This document shows, one piece after another, positions 48,861-61,494 of a stretch of DNA of 64,000 nucleotides. The notes beneath the pieces were generated by a model, which saw nothing but the letters and a program-made list of their open reading frames with translations, searched no databases and was not told the DNA's origin. The DNA is taken from positions 100,874,001 through 100,938,000 of the forward strand of contig JANJGN010000021.1 of NCBI GenBank assembly GCA_026770705.1. Direction: 5' to 3'. The translations under genes were made by a program, and so were the position numbers. Position 1 is the first letter of the stretch, and every line of letters begins with the position of its first letter. The stretch is from Isurus oxyrinchus. Its lineage: Eukaryota.

Positions 48861-49982
48861 GTCCACACATCCCAGAATTCACCCTTCGACGGATACCGGC
48901 AACACTTCGCTCCACCATTGGCGACCAGCAATTCATCCTCCTTTACACACTTTGCTGTAGAATTCTCTGCCTATAGCCACTGAAACCCCACTCTTAGACA
49001 ATCCTTCAAGCCCACCTCTTTGACTTACATTTTGTGCAGCTCTCCCAATATCTAATTTTAGCTTATTATTCTCTAGGCTTTGTCAAGGGCTTTGGGGATT
49101 ATTCTATTTTGAAGGTGCCACACAAATGGAAGCAGTCTTCCAGGATGATGGCCCACATCTTACATTAAGAATAAGCATGAAGCTAGCAGCCCTCAACGTT
49201 ATTAAGGAGATTTTCAGAAATACATTTTTCTGCCTGTCTCTTTTATCTCTCTCTCTCTCGTTATCCTATTTTATTTCCAAATCTTTACTTCGCTTCTTGT
49301 CGATAATTTAAATCTAATATATGCTTTCTTATTTATATTTCCCGATGTTTTTAGACACTACCTGTCTCAGAGGTATCTCACTGTTTCTTGTCCTGATCAC
49401 ATACGCCACAGATGCTCTGTAGAGGGCGCATAACTGGATCTGATGTCCCATGATAACCAGTTCCGGCTGAAAGGCCTACGAAAACTGGATTTCATGGCCA
49501 GCAAGCACTATTCCTCTGTCACTGACCACCAAACCTAGGCCATTGTCTTTTAGCAGTGGTATAAATCGGGCAACACTGGACTAGAGAATTATTGCATAAC
49601 CCAACGAATTTTACTTCCAAACACAACAAAGAAAAGAGAAATAGTTCATGATGTTTAATTTGTGATATGATTTAATATGATAGCCGCAGTTATTTACACC
49701 ATTGCTGTATGTAAAACTCATGCACAAATAATGGCATTCAACGGAAATTTGATGCTTTCTTTCATGCCTAATTCACTCTATCAGATCACTGCTTTGGTTG
49801 TGAAATTAAAACTTGCTAGCAACAAATTCCAGAAGGAGGATGTCACACAACTGGCTAGACTCTAGCAGCTAGAATTAGAAGTGACTTGCAGAACAGGCAT
49901 GCCTTAGTCATCGGCCCTCAAACCTTTACCACTTATGGCACTGAAGCCTTCCAAGCAAAAGAAAATGGTCCCTTTCTAGTCC

Positions 49983-50235
49983 TTTTTTATTCATTCAGGG
50001 GATGTGGGCTTTGCTGGCTGGGCCAGCATTTATCGCCCATCTCTAATTGCCCTTGAGATGGTGGAGGTGAGCTGTCTTATTGAACTACTGCAGTCCACGT
50101 GGTATAGGTACACCCACAGTGCTGTTAGGAAGGGATTTCCAAGATTTTGACCCAGTGACAGTGAAGGAAAGGCGATATATTCCTAAGTAAGGATGGTATG
50201 TGGCTTGGAGGGGAACTTCCAGGTGGTGGTGTGTC
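49983..50235 (-). mobile_element. CR1-clade family 2, 3' end
   Basis: Family tail sequence. Confidence 0.85.
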
Positions 50236-50844
50236 TACCACCTGAATTGTAGCACTACATGATATGGATCACAAATCTCTTGTTTGCCCAAGCCAATCTA
50301 CTGTCCCACGTACAAACTGTACAACAGAAAAACACCTTATACAAGAGCATTGAAATGAACTAGAAAGGCAAATAACAGAAACCAACTGTGCACAGAGCCT
50401 GAAATTCGGCTCTAATTCGGCACCTTCGCTTACGAGGCTGAAACGTCAAAGAGGCCCAATCATATTCAGATATCACACTAGTCAAGTAAGCCATTACGTC
50501 AGAAGTTATGAATACAATAATATTGTTTCCAACTATTGTGTTCCACTCTTTCAACATTACAATTCCATTATTTGTAAAAAGGAATTTACTTCAACAGCTG
50601 GTGGTGCTCATGTGTTCGATATGTTTAGTTCCACGATTCCCTATGAGGCAGTCTATGATGCATGCCTTTGTTGTCACCATACACTTTTTCCAATGTTTCA
50701 CCAGTAGCAGGGATGAGTGAGTGGATGTCTGCTATGTGTTAGTGCCTGCCTCCAACGATCACCCAGTATCTCAGCACGGTAGAAAGTTACAGGCATCATG
50801 GATATCAATGTAGCATCTGTCTGACCCCATACACCATGTCATCT

Positions 50845-51690
50845 GCTTTTATTTTATACGTTCACAGGATGTGGGCTTCGCTGGCTGGGCCAGCATTTAT
50901 TGCCCATCCGCAGTTGCCCTTGAAAAGGTGGTGGTGAACTGCCTTCTCGAACTGCTGCAGTCCATGTGGTGTAGGTACACCTACAGTGCTGTTAGGAAGG
51001 CAGTTCCAGGATTTTGACCCAGCCACAGAGAAGGAACGGCGATATACCCCCAAGTCAGGATGGTGTGTCGATTGGAGGGGAACATCCAGGTGGTGATTTT
51101 CCCATCTACTTGCTGCCCTTTTCCTTCCATGTGGATGTGAGTTTGGAAGGTGCTGTGTAAGGATCCTTGGTGAATTCCTGCAGTGCGTCTTGTAGATGGT
51201 ACACACTGCTGCTACTGTGCGTCAGTGGTGGAGGGAGTGAATGTTTGTGGATGTGGTGCCAATCAAGCAGACTGCCTTGTCCTGGACGGTGTCCAGCTTC
51301 TTCAGAGTTGTAGGAGCTGCACTCATCCAGACAAGTGGAGAGTACTCCATCACACTACTGACTATTGCCTTGTAGATGGTGGACAGGCTTTGGGGAGTCA
51401 CTCATCGCATGATTCCTAGCCTCTTTCTTGGGCTTGTAGCCACAGTTCAGTTTCTGGTCAATGGTAACTCCCAGGATGTTGATAGTGGGGGATTCAGCGA
51501 TGGTAATGTCATTGAACATCAAGGGGCGATGGTTGGATTCTCTCTTGTTGGAGATGATCATTTCCTGACATTTGTGTGTGGCAAATGCTACTTGCCACTT
51601 GTCAGCCTAAGCCTGAATATTGTCCATGTCATGGGCTGTTTCAGTATCTGAGGAGTCATGAACGGTGCTGAACGTTGTGCAATCATTACC
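50845..51690 (-). mobile_element. CR1-clade family 2 fragment (older plus-strand fragment follows at ~51730-52075)
   Basis: ORFs 50862-51206 and 51355-51561 (ESPTINILGVTIDQKLN). Confidence 0.9.
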
Positions 51691-54406
51691 TTGGAGACAT
51701 TTAAGCAGAGGTTGGGTATTCAGTGGCCACTGACTCACTTCCTGACTCCTCAAAACACCCCCACAATCACAAGGCACAACTCAGGAATTTGATGAATCTT
51801 CGGTACAGCTTTGGTGACCCTCGAGAGGTTTGCCTGCCTCCATGACAAGGTAGCACGCTGGATTTCCACCCGATCCCTCATCGTAAAGGTGGCAGGATTA
51901 TGTACCAATTGTAGGACGCACTGCAGCACCTCATCGAGCTTTTTTTGACATCAGCTACCAAATCTGCAATGGTTACCACAGAGGAGGGAAACGGGCAGCA
52001 GGCAAATGAGAACACCAACACTCTCCATTTTCACACCAAGTGACACACTATACTGACCTGAAAATATATCATAATATCGGATCTCCCTCTATGCGCTTTG
52101 GGTGCACCTTATTTATTATTTCATGGGACGTAGGTGTCCAATCCCCGTTCCAAATTAACCTTGAACTAAATGACTCGCTGGGCCATTTCAGAGGGCAGTT
52201 AGAAGTCAACCACATTGCTGTGACCTGGAGTCACCTGGCGGCCAGGCCAAGTAAAACCAGCAGATTTCCTTCCCTAAACGGCTTCGGGGCACCGATAGGT
52301 TTTTTTACACAAAAAATGGCAGCTGCATGACCGAACGGGACCAGGCTCGAATTCCCAATCTAATTGAATTTTTGCAAACTGCCGTACTGGGATTTGAACA
52401 GCTGCCGTCAGCGCGTTAACGTTTAGAATTACCAGACCAATGACATGACCACTCTGCAACCGCCTCAGCAGCCACCAACGTTTGATTGTAGGTCTCAAGA
52501 AGATGTTTCCCAACCAACGTCCCAAGGACATTGAGAGCAGGATAATAAATCCTGGCCCTCTAATGATTGCCAAATGCCTTGAACTACTACATAATTTTTT
52601 TTTAAAAAGCAGCGTTATGGCATATCATGAATGTGGCATTACACTGAATGACTTGTTTCCTGATTATTGTTATTCCCTCTCCACTGTCATATTTAACCGC
52701 AGCATGATCAAAGGTGGGGGGACGAGAAGATTCTTGATGATCAATGAGGTTTATGAAGCCTTGCATCTCAATTTGATTCCCAAAAAATGTGGGTTCAAAC
52801 AATAGACTATTCAATACATCGAGGGATCCAGTAAAAATATTCATGGCTTTCTTAGGAGCTTACGAAGGAGATCTCCGCTTGTGAATGCTCCGAAATCCTT
52901 TCCATGGCTCTCTGGACCTCAGTCACCTGGTCCTGCAGCATCATCTCTAAGGAATAACGCCCTGCCCGGCACAGTCTAGAATCACTGAAGAAACTACTGG
53001 TCACTCAAGCTACCAGAAGTCGGCCGTGGATAGATCTTGTATTTGTTAGAAAGCTCTTAGGACAGTTATCAAGTTATCTAGTTTACCACCTTTAATGCTG
53101 AACAACCCCCCCCCCCCCCACCCCTCCCCCCACCCCCCCGGACCCCTCGCCCATATTATTCTCGTCGATGCCAGTGAGATCATTGTGCTGTACAAACATC
53201 GCTGGGTGGAATGGCTAGCGGAGGTCTGCAAATAGGATGTCGATTCTTAACAACCGATTTGTGATATACTTCTTGTCCTATAACGTCATTATGCAATTAT
53301 CAGTCAACATTGTCCCATGTTCAAACGGCCTCTTTTTCTATTGCTTTCATTTAATTTTCTATTTACTTCATTTCTTCATTAAATATATTTATTTATGGAA
53401 ACAAGTCAAGAGCGGTATCGAGCGAGTTTATACCTCTGAAAGCATTTTCTTCAGATTCTCTACATAATGAATGTTACTGTTAACCGATTTCTTAATGGTT
53501 AACTTTGCAAAAGATGGTGTATAATAAAATATTGAACGGCAGTACTTGCATTAAAAGAACACTTGGATATGAACTCGAAGTGCCACATGGACCAAGAGCG
53601 GAAAAGCTCTTTGTTTTTTAGACCCTCTGCGCCCAGCACGGAAACGATAGACAGAATGGCCTCCTGTGCCACAAATTTCCATGATTCCATAATTCTATGT
53701 TATATTTCGCCAATCAGCAAACTCGATCTTGGTGGGGTAGTATCTCTTCGAGGAGGATAGGCGGCTGGCTGAAAGCTGACTACAAACTGGAGAAATAAGG
53801 AAACGTGTTACTGTGGCATCCAATAGAAGCTGGCAAGAGGCGGACACCAATGGAAAAAAAATGGAAAATATTGGAAATTAAAATTGAAACTGCAAAAAAA
53901 AGTGTCAAAATACAAAACAGGAGAGCCCGTCCCGAGGGACATGTTGTAGCTCTGTGCAGCGTTTGAATCGATTGGAGCCAGAACTGGGACTGTCTATTTT
54001 GAAAGCCTCGTATTTGGCTATTCTCAGGATTGTGGTCTGGCAGCTCTTTCTGAAGACCACGTTTTCACGAAGTATTTCACCTCAGGCGATACTGCATAAC
54101 TCAAGACTTCAAAGGAGTTCAGAGAAAAGCAGCACTGGTAAGAGACCAATCAGATCACATCTCGTAAACTTAAGTTTTCTTAAAGGGCCAATCACATGCA
54201 GGAATAATGCTTGATTGGGAAGTTCATTGAACAATAAAACTGATAGCAGAAAGAGAGAGGGTTTTTTTTCATTTTGTTAGATTAGATTCAATGATATAAA
54301 CTAAATTAGATTCCTTGTATGGTCTCTGCTCCCAGAATGTTTAAAGTTATCGTTGCCTTTAGAGTTCGCAGGTGATAACTCATGCATTACTTTAATTTAA
54401 GGATAA

Positions 54407-54620
54407 TTAAGCACTATTGGTTGCTAATTAATTAGTAGCTATTAATTAAGCATTATTAAGCACTATTGGTTGCTAATTAATTAGTAGCTATTAATTAAGC
54501 ATTATTAAGCACTATTATTTGTTAATTCATTAATTATTAATTAAACATAATTAAGCGCTGTTGGTGGCTAATTACTTAATTGATTGAATCCTATTAATTA
54601 AGCAGAATTAAGCACTATTT
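54407..54620. repeat. AT-rich 49-bp tandem repeat (two exact units plus decayed units)
   Basis: ttaagcactattggttgctaattaattagtagctattaattaagcatta at 54407 and 54456. Confidence 0.85.
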
Positions 54621-54999
54621 GTCGTTATCGCTCAATTTTCATAGCGATAAAATTACAGCAAGCGGGAGCAATGTCCAGAATATGCATATTACTGTTAATA
54701 TAGGGAAAAACTATTTGAAAGATACCTCACTGAAGGACAAAATGCTGGAAGCAACAAACGATTACTTTGAGGACGAGATTTCATTCCTCCACAGATACAA
54801 GCCTGACCGATTGTGCGCACCCTAGCATTATCTGTTTTTGTTTCAGAATTCCGGCATCTGCGCTTTTTTCATCTTTAGGGGAAATTGAACAGACCCAGAG
54901 AGAGGCAGTCATGGAAAAAAGAATGAAAATAGCTGAGAGAGATAGAATAGAAAAGCCAGGCCTACCAAAATAGCCGGCGAGAAAGTAGTCATCAGCTTC

Positions 55000-55019
55000 T
55001 TCCATTGCGTCACATCCTG
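55000..55019 (+). promoter_or_regulatory. Conserved proximal promoter element of gene C
   Basis: TTCCATTGCGTCACATCCTG, identical to 32525-32544, starting 118 bp before the ATG. Confidence 0.7.
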
Positions 55020-55117
55020 GGCCGGAGTGATAGCCACGCACACACACACAAAAGCAGTGGTCATTTTCTCCGCGCGCTTTCTGGTGAAAGTCTATTATAA
55101 GGGGTCAACCGATAGAA

Positions 55118-55160
55118 ATGAATCCGAACATAACGATCTGGGCAGCAGTTCTTCTTTCTG
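55118..55160 (+). CDS. ncr3-like: Gene C leader exon (MNPNITIWAAVLLS)
   Basis: 43 nt, G|gtaact phase-1 donor; homologous to the gene A leader. Confidence 0.85.
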
Positions 55161-55284
55161 GTAACTGTTTCCAATTTATTTGATCATGTCCAAGTAAATT
55201 TCCCATTAGATGCTAGGAGAGCTCCGTGCAAGATAAACATGGAAGGCATTTATTCTGGAAAGCGGCATTACAAATTATAGATGT

Positions 55285-55945
55285 TTTTATTCATTCATGG
55301 GATGCAAGCATTTATTACCCATCCCTAATTGCCCTTGAGAAGGTGGTGGTGAGCTGCTTTCTTGAATCGCTGCAGTACATGTGGTGTAGGTACACCCACA
55401 CTGCTGTTAGGGAGTGAGTTCCAGGATTTTGACCCATCGACCGTGAAGGAATGGCGATACATTTCCAAGTCAGACTGGTGTGTGACTTGGAGGAGAGCTT
55501 CCAGGTGGTGGTGTTCCCATGCCTCTACTGCCCTTCCCCTTCTAGGTGGTAGAGGTGGCAGGTTTGGAAGGCGCTGTCGAACGGGGCCTTGGTGAGTTGC
55601 TGCAATGCATCTTATACATGGTACACACTGCTGCTATTGTGCGTTGGTGATAGAGAGAGTAAATGTTTAAGGTGGGGGATCGGGTGCCAATCAAGCTGGC
55701 TGCTTTGCCCTGGATGGTGTCGAGCTTCTTGAATGTTGTGGGAGCTGCAGTCATCCAGGCAAGTGGAGTGTATTCAATCAAACCTTTGACTTGTGTCTTG
55801 TAGATGGTGGACAGGTTTTGGGGAGTCAGGAGGTGAGTTACTCACCGCAGAATTCCCAGTCTCTGACATGCTCCTGTAGCCGTAGGGTTTATATGGCTAG
55901 CCAAGTTCAGTTTCTGGTCAATGGTAGCCCCCAGAATGCTTGATG
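55285..55945 (-). mobile_element. CR1-clade family 2 fragment in gene C intron 1
   Basis: ORF 55542-55781 (EYTPLAWMTAAPTT) plus family tail. Confidence 0.9.
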
Positions 55946-57479
55946 GACCTTTCAGTGCTGGAACTCTAACGTGTTGCTATGATATCTCTCTCTGCTACAT
56001 TGTAAATCGAAGTTTAATACATTCACAGAAAAGGGTAACGTCTCCTTTGTAGTAGAGGGCAAAAGGTAAAAATGTGTGCAGTACTGATCCCTGAAGGAGC
56101 CAACTGCAATTTTGGAGCAGGTTAATGCAAGATTACTTGTTAGAACAGTTATTCAGAGCATATTTTAGGACTTGCTTATCACGATTATATCTACTCGAAG
56201 TTGCACGACTGTCATAAAGCAAAGTTTCTGCTCCTTCTCCGGCATCATAACCATCTGTGGAATTTATGTCTCAATATCTTTAATATTTCAATATTAAATA
56301 TCAGTAACTCTGCATTTGGGGCATTTAAATTTCTAACCCTTTCATTCATTTCTATTTAATCCTAAATATCATTTTAGTTAGCCATTATCAGTCTCTAGCC
56401 ACATATAGTGGGCAATGGGTACCGATTAAATCTACTTTACTCAACAAATTGTCCTTACAAAAATTAAACTAAGCAAGAAGTGTTATAATGTTAAGAGCTA
56501 AATCTACACAATTGCTCCTTGCAGTGCTGGTACCCCCGACTATGTTAGCTGTATCATGGCTGCGTTAAGTGCATGCAATTCAGTTATCCTGCTAATTTAT
56601 TTATGAATATATAAATAAGTTGTCAGCAACGCTTAGGAGCAGTTATGTCCCAGATCTTGCATGCGGTTAAGCCAACGGCATGTGGAGACAAAAGTTATGA
56701 AATGGCAGAAAATTTGGGACAAAGTCAATTAATCAACTCTGCTAGGCTGTGGTCATGTGTAAAGCCAAATAAGACCCAAGTTAAATCGTTTATATAAATT
56801 ATCGACAACTACTGCACAGCAAAATGAAGGCATGCCCCACGAACAACGCCGGGTGGGGAGTGGGGAAGGAGCGGGTGGGGGGGGGGGGGGGTGGATTCCT
56901 ACAAGAGCAGCTAAAGGGTTGGTCGAAAAGGTGATCAGAGATAACTCCAACCCTTTCTGGTAAGTGGCATCGCTGAGATCACTGCACTCCATCAGTACGA
57001 TACTGGAGGACTAGCCTTGATTTTTTACATTCGAGTTCTAGAGTGAGACGAACTCAACTTCATGATGCAGAGACCAGGGTGCTACCAACTAAGCTACTGC
57101 AAGAACACCTTGAATGTGACCCACAGGTGAACCAGCTACAACTTTGGCAGTGGTGGGATAGTGGCAACAGGGAAAGTTGTTCAACTATGCGAAAGGTCAG
57201 AGGTTGGTCAAAGGCCTTTTGAAGATTCGCGAGGAGCTCGAAAGGACTTTCAGAGATCAGTGTTTTGCACCAGTCTTCTGAGCTGCCTCCTTGAACCGCT
57301 GCAGTCCATGTGGTGCAGAAACACCCAGAGTGTTGTTAAGGAGGTAGAGTGATTCGGTGCTAGGTTGTGCCTCCAGGACAATTCACCATATATTAAAAAA
57401 AAGGCGGGTTATTTTGCCTTTGCACAAGGCCTCGCTCAGACCGCAGTAAGAATACTGTGTCAGAGTTTGATCTCCTCAC

Positions 57480-57900
57480 ATAATGTAGGCATATGAACTT
57501 TTGTGAAAAGTTTGGAAGTGGGGTTGGAGGTGTGGGGTACAAGATTGACTCTCAATGTAAAACATCTTTGAAACATCCTAGTTACCCAGTTAGACTCAAC
57601 GGGCTGGGCTCCTCTATATTTTAGACAAGCATGGACTGGGGGGAGATTTGATCGCCGCTTGTAAAATGATGGATTGAGTTTGTGTACATCGATTTGCCTA
57701 ATGGGGTTAGGAAGGACCAAGGGCCATACTTTCGATTTATGTAAGGCCAGAAGTAAGTTCAATGTTAGGAGGTTCTACTTGTCCCCGGGAGTGGTGAACC
57801 TATGGGACTGTCTGCTGATTCATGCTTCACCGGACTATTTCAAGGCAGAGGTGGACGCTGTTTCGAGCTGGGGCGGAGCTTAGCTCGAGCAAGAGATACG
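57480..57900 (+). mobile_element. Ancient CR1 3' remnant
   Basis: GRTKGHTFDLCKARSKFNVRRFYLSPGVVNLWD resembles the CR1 ORF2 C-terminus. Confidence 0.6.
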
Positions 57901-58719
57901 TATTTGCTAAGAGTGATCAGGGACATGGCGGTCCCCACGAATAGGAATTTTCCAGATTTTTTATCTCTTATCTGCTGGGTTTATCGCCTCTTCCAGAGGA
58001 TTATATGCTCCCTGATGGATCGTGTATGTACTATGATGCATGAGGAACCACACCTGTAAGGTGCAGCAGTCGTTATTTCCCTATTATATACCCCGTCCAT
58101 CAATGTCAACCAACCTAAAACATTGGGGAGCGCAATCCGAATTTTTCGGTTAGGCACCTGATACCACCCATTCTCCCAATGTAACTCAGTGTTTAGGAAA
58201 AAAAATCCGCCCAAGCTATTTACCTACAATGAAACGATTTTCCTTGTGCACTTGGTGCTTTCATGGAAGACGACAGCATTGTGACACGATGTGAGGGCAT
58301 TAGAAAGCAGCTCACAATTTCGCAATATTTTAACAAATGCTATCCCCTCGGCACCTCAGCTGGGTTGATACCTAGGAGAGGTAAGGCAAACCAACCCTGG
58401 GGCTGGAACTTGCTAGTTTGGATGAGGAGCTCCACTCAAAATGTTAATCTATGTTTTTCTTTTAGATGTTTACTGGCTTCTCGGTGGAAATTTGCATTGG
58501 GCCATAGCACAAAGCCACAGGTTATATGCTGCGATATTCTATCCGATTGAAGGGAATATCGGGAGGGGCGTATAAATGATGGGCAATTGGAAACCGGCCG
58601 CTTTGTACTGCCGGTCAATGCGAATTTCTAGTCTGTGCTTCCCAAATTTCTGTCTTCATTTGGGATTTTTATCACTGGCTAATTTTTTTTTATGTCAGTT
58701 GTTTTCTGTTTCATAACAG

Positions 58720-59058
58720 GAGTAACGTTTGGAAACATCGTCGTGACTCAGAGCCCACCCTCGGTCATTACAACTGAAGGCAAAACTGTGGAGCTACACT
58801 GCACGTGTAATAGTGCAAAGTCCGTCGCCGCATACACGTGGCACCTAAACATGCAAGGTGGTACTGAGGTGTCCAACAAGACAGCACAGTACAGAGGACG
58901 TGTGTTTCTCGCAAGCAGGGAGGCCTTCCTAGCAAGGAATGACGCTTCGCTCAAAATTACGAACACCAAAGTGCACGATTCAGGGATCTATTATTGCAAA
59001 GTGGAATACGTGAAATATAGAGAAGAATATGGGCCCGGGACAAATCTCACAGTAACAA
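58720..59058 (+). CDS. ncr3-like: Gene C V-type (VJ) Ig domain exon, NKp30/NCR3-like
   Basis: 339 nt, phase 1-1 (cataacag| ... A|gtgagt). VTQSPPSVITTEGKTVELHC...YTWH..GTEVSNKT.QYRGRVFLASREAFLARNDASLKI..HDSGIYYCKVE...EYGPGTNLTV; close by eye to NKp30 VSQPPEIRTLEG...GRLAPLASSRFLHDHQAELHI. Confidence 0.93.
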
Positions 59059-60872
59059 GTGAGTACAACTTGCTAGTTCCAGCAAACCAATTTCTAAGTA
59101 GGGAAGAGACGTAAAATTGCTCTGGGGCTTTTTTCTTTTCCTGCATCGAAGAAGTATTTTTGATTTGTAAAAATGCTAAAGCTATTTGTTATGTCTTGTT
59201 AGGACTGTCCTGACATCGGACAAGGCAAGATGGAGGACAGGATAAATTAAGCAATAGTGATGGGTTGGTTAGCAGATTGGGCTTTAATTGATTATAGCTT
59301 GCAGCAAGAAAGTGAGCTAAATGGGGCGAGCAGTTGTACACTGGTAAACTCTTGCACAAGAGCGAATTAGATGAGGGCACCTTAGAGTGGAAATTTGTCC
59401 CCTGCGATCGCACTAAACGACCGTCTTGGATCCGACACATTTGTAACCAGCACCTGATATTTAATTCCATTACAATCAGTGGAATTAAATGTCTGGCACT
59501 GACTAGAATGAGCGGCCGGTCCGACACCACCCATTATGCGCCAGCACTACCGCAATCTTTACATATTCGCTTATGGGATGTTGGCGTCACTGGCCAGACC
59601 AGCGTTTGATGCCCTTCCATAATTGCCCTTGAGGAGGTGTTGGTGAGCCTATTGTTAGGCTGGAGTAGGGAAAGAATGGCCCATCAGACAATTAGCTTCT
59701 TGTCTATCTAAACATCCACCTGTTGGAAGAAATGTCCAGCACAGTGGCGCCATTGAAACGCAGGAAATCCACATTATTGGTGATACTATGCGGAAGGCAC
59801 TGCTGAACCCAGGTTATTTTCATGCTTAGTGATTGTAATAGCACAATCACCTCGAGAGGAAAATGCTTCAAGGGAGACTGTGCAATATACTTCTCATGAG
59901 GTGGGGCAAGCAAAGCATTTGATTCTCATCCTGAATTGCCTTTGAGCTGAGTGCCTTGCTAGGCCATTTCAAAGAGCAGTTATGTGAGTCTGGTGTTACA
60001 TGGAGTTAAGGACAGCAGGCTTCACGTGTGTACTGAGTAGATCTTTACAACAGCCTATGTGTGCTACCGTTGAGCTTAGCTTTCAACAGCAGATTTTATA
60101 ATGACTGAAGCTGCTGTGGTGGGATTTCAACCCACGCCCCCAGAACATTAGCCTACATGCCTCGTCTAGTGACATTACCATTATGCCACCAACTCCCCAT
60201 GGGAAAGTTATATCAAGAAACAAGTTGGAGTGACAAGAATTCTGCGACTTGCAAACAACGACGGTGAACTAAAAAATAAGCCTTATTGACTTGGCGATTG
60301 AAATGGACGAAACATAGCGTTTCACATCTAATGAGTTACTCTGAAGTGTAGTGCTTGCTGTTGTGCAGGGAAGCCATACATCCAATATGCACACAGCAGA
60401 AAAAACCCATAAACTGCAATGTGTTGACAATTAGCATTGCCTGAGGAAGTCATGTTGGTTTCACAGACATGAAACGTGATGACGTTAGATAAACGCTACG
60501 TTTAGTTCATTTCAATCGCCAAGTGCTGCAGCCAGGCAGTGAATGTAAGAAAGCCTCCTAGTGTAAGGGCTTCAGCTTAATGGTTCAGCGCAAAGGTGAC
60601 ACCTGCGCCGATACACATTTCCCTGCTTACTTTTGTCAGATTAAACCCGCATAATACCCATAAGTTTCTATGCGTTGCTGCAAAACGTCACGATTCACAA
60701 GCAACAAAGTGAATTAATAAAGAAAATAGTCTTTTCAAGTTTAAAGACAAAATTAGTTATTTTGTTTATTTTTCATGCAGGGATACTTGATATGCGCTAA
60801 TCACCGAAAGAATGGAACAGGATATCTTGTAGAAATACAGATAAATATATATTTTTTCCCAACCCTCCTTAG

Positions 60873-60977
60873 ATCGAACAAATGCCACGAAGGTTCTTTG
60901 GTGTATTAGAGCAGTGATGATCGTTGCAGCGATCCTTATCGCAAGTTTCCTCTATAGGCACAACTGCCGCATCAAAG
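60873..60977 (+). CDS. ncr3-like: Gene C stalk/TM exon with TM Arg (NRTNATKVLWCIRAVMIVAAILIASFLYRHNCRIK)
   Basis: ttttttcccaaccctccttag acceptor, AAG|gtactg donor, 105 nt, phase 1-1. Confidence 0.88.
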
Positions 60978-61170
60978 GTACTGACATTGAACAGAAAGTT
61001 ACAACATTTCACATGTATTACAGATGAAATGCAGAATCTCACTTGCAATGTGTACATCATCGCACACATCTAATGTCGAACAAAGAAGTATGTTGTTTCA
61101 AAATATCAAAGTATGCCTGAAATTTAGTTTAACCTTTTTTCCCTCTATTTTGACAATCAGTTCATTGCAG

Positions 61171-61194
61171 ATTTCGCCTCATGCCAGAGCCAAG
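61171..61194 (+). CDS. Gene C candidate 24-nt symmetric micro-exon (DFASCQSQ)
   Basis: ttcattgcag| ... AAG|gttggt, phase 1-1, open. Confidence 0.45.
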
Positions 61195-61494
61195 GTTGGT
61201 AAATGATTAACCGATTTTAACAGATGTTTATATTATCTCAAGCAATTACAAGTTTGATTTAATTTCTTCTGTTTGTTTTTGGGAAGAGTGGAGACAATCT
61301 TCGAAAAAATTCATTTCACTGGTAGGTGATCACTCCTTAAAGCCATGTTAACTTCATTTTTGTCATTAGTTATTAATTTTTTCTTAGTTGAACTAGGAAA
61401 GCTTCCTTGATTCATCTTTCCCTTTATTGTGTTTTATCCATTGGAAAATGCTAACTAAAAACAAGAATTGCTTTGTTCAGCTTCGTGCGCAGAA

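Noticed and set aside
22779-59114. Rearranging TCR/Ig locus interpretation of the V exons
   Set aside because: J-like strands are germline-joined, there are no RSS or C-domain exons, and V splices directly to TM exons.
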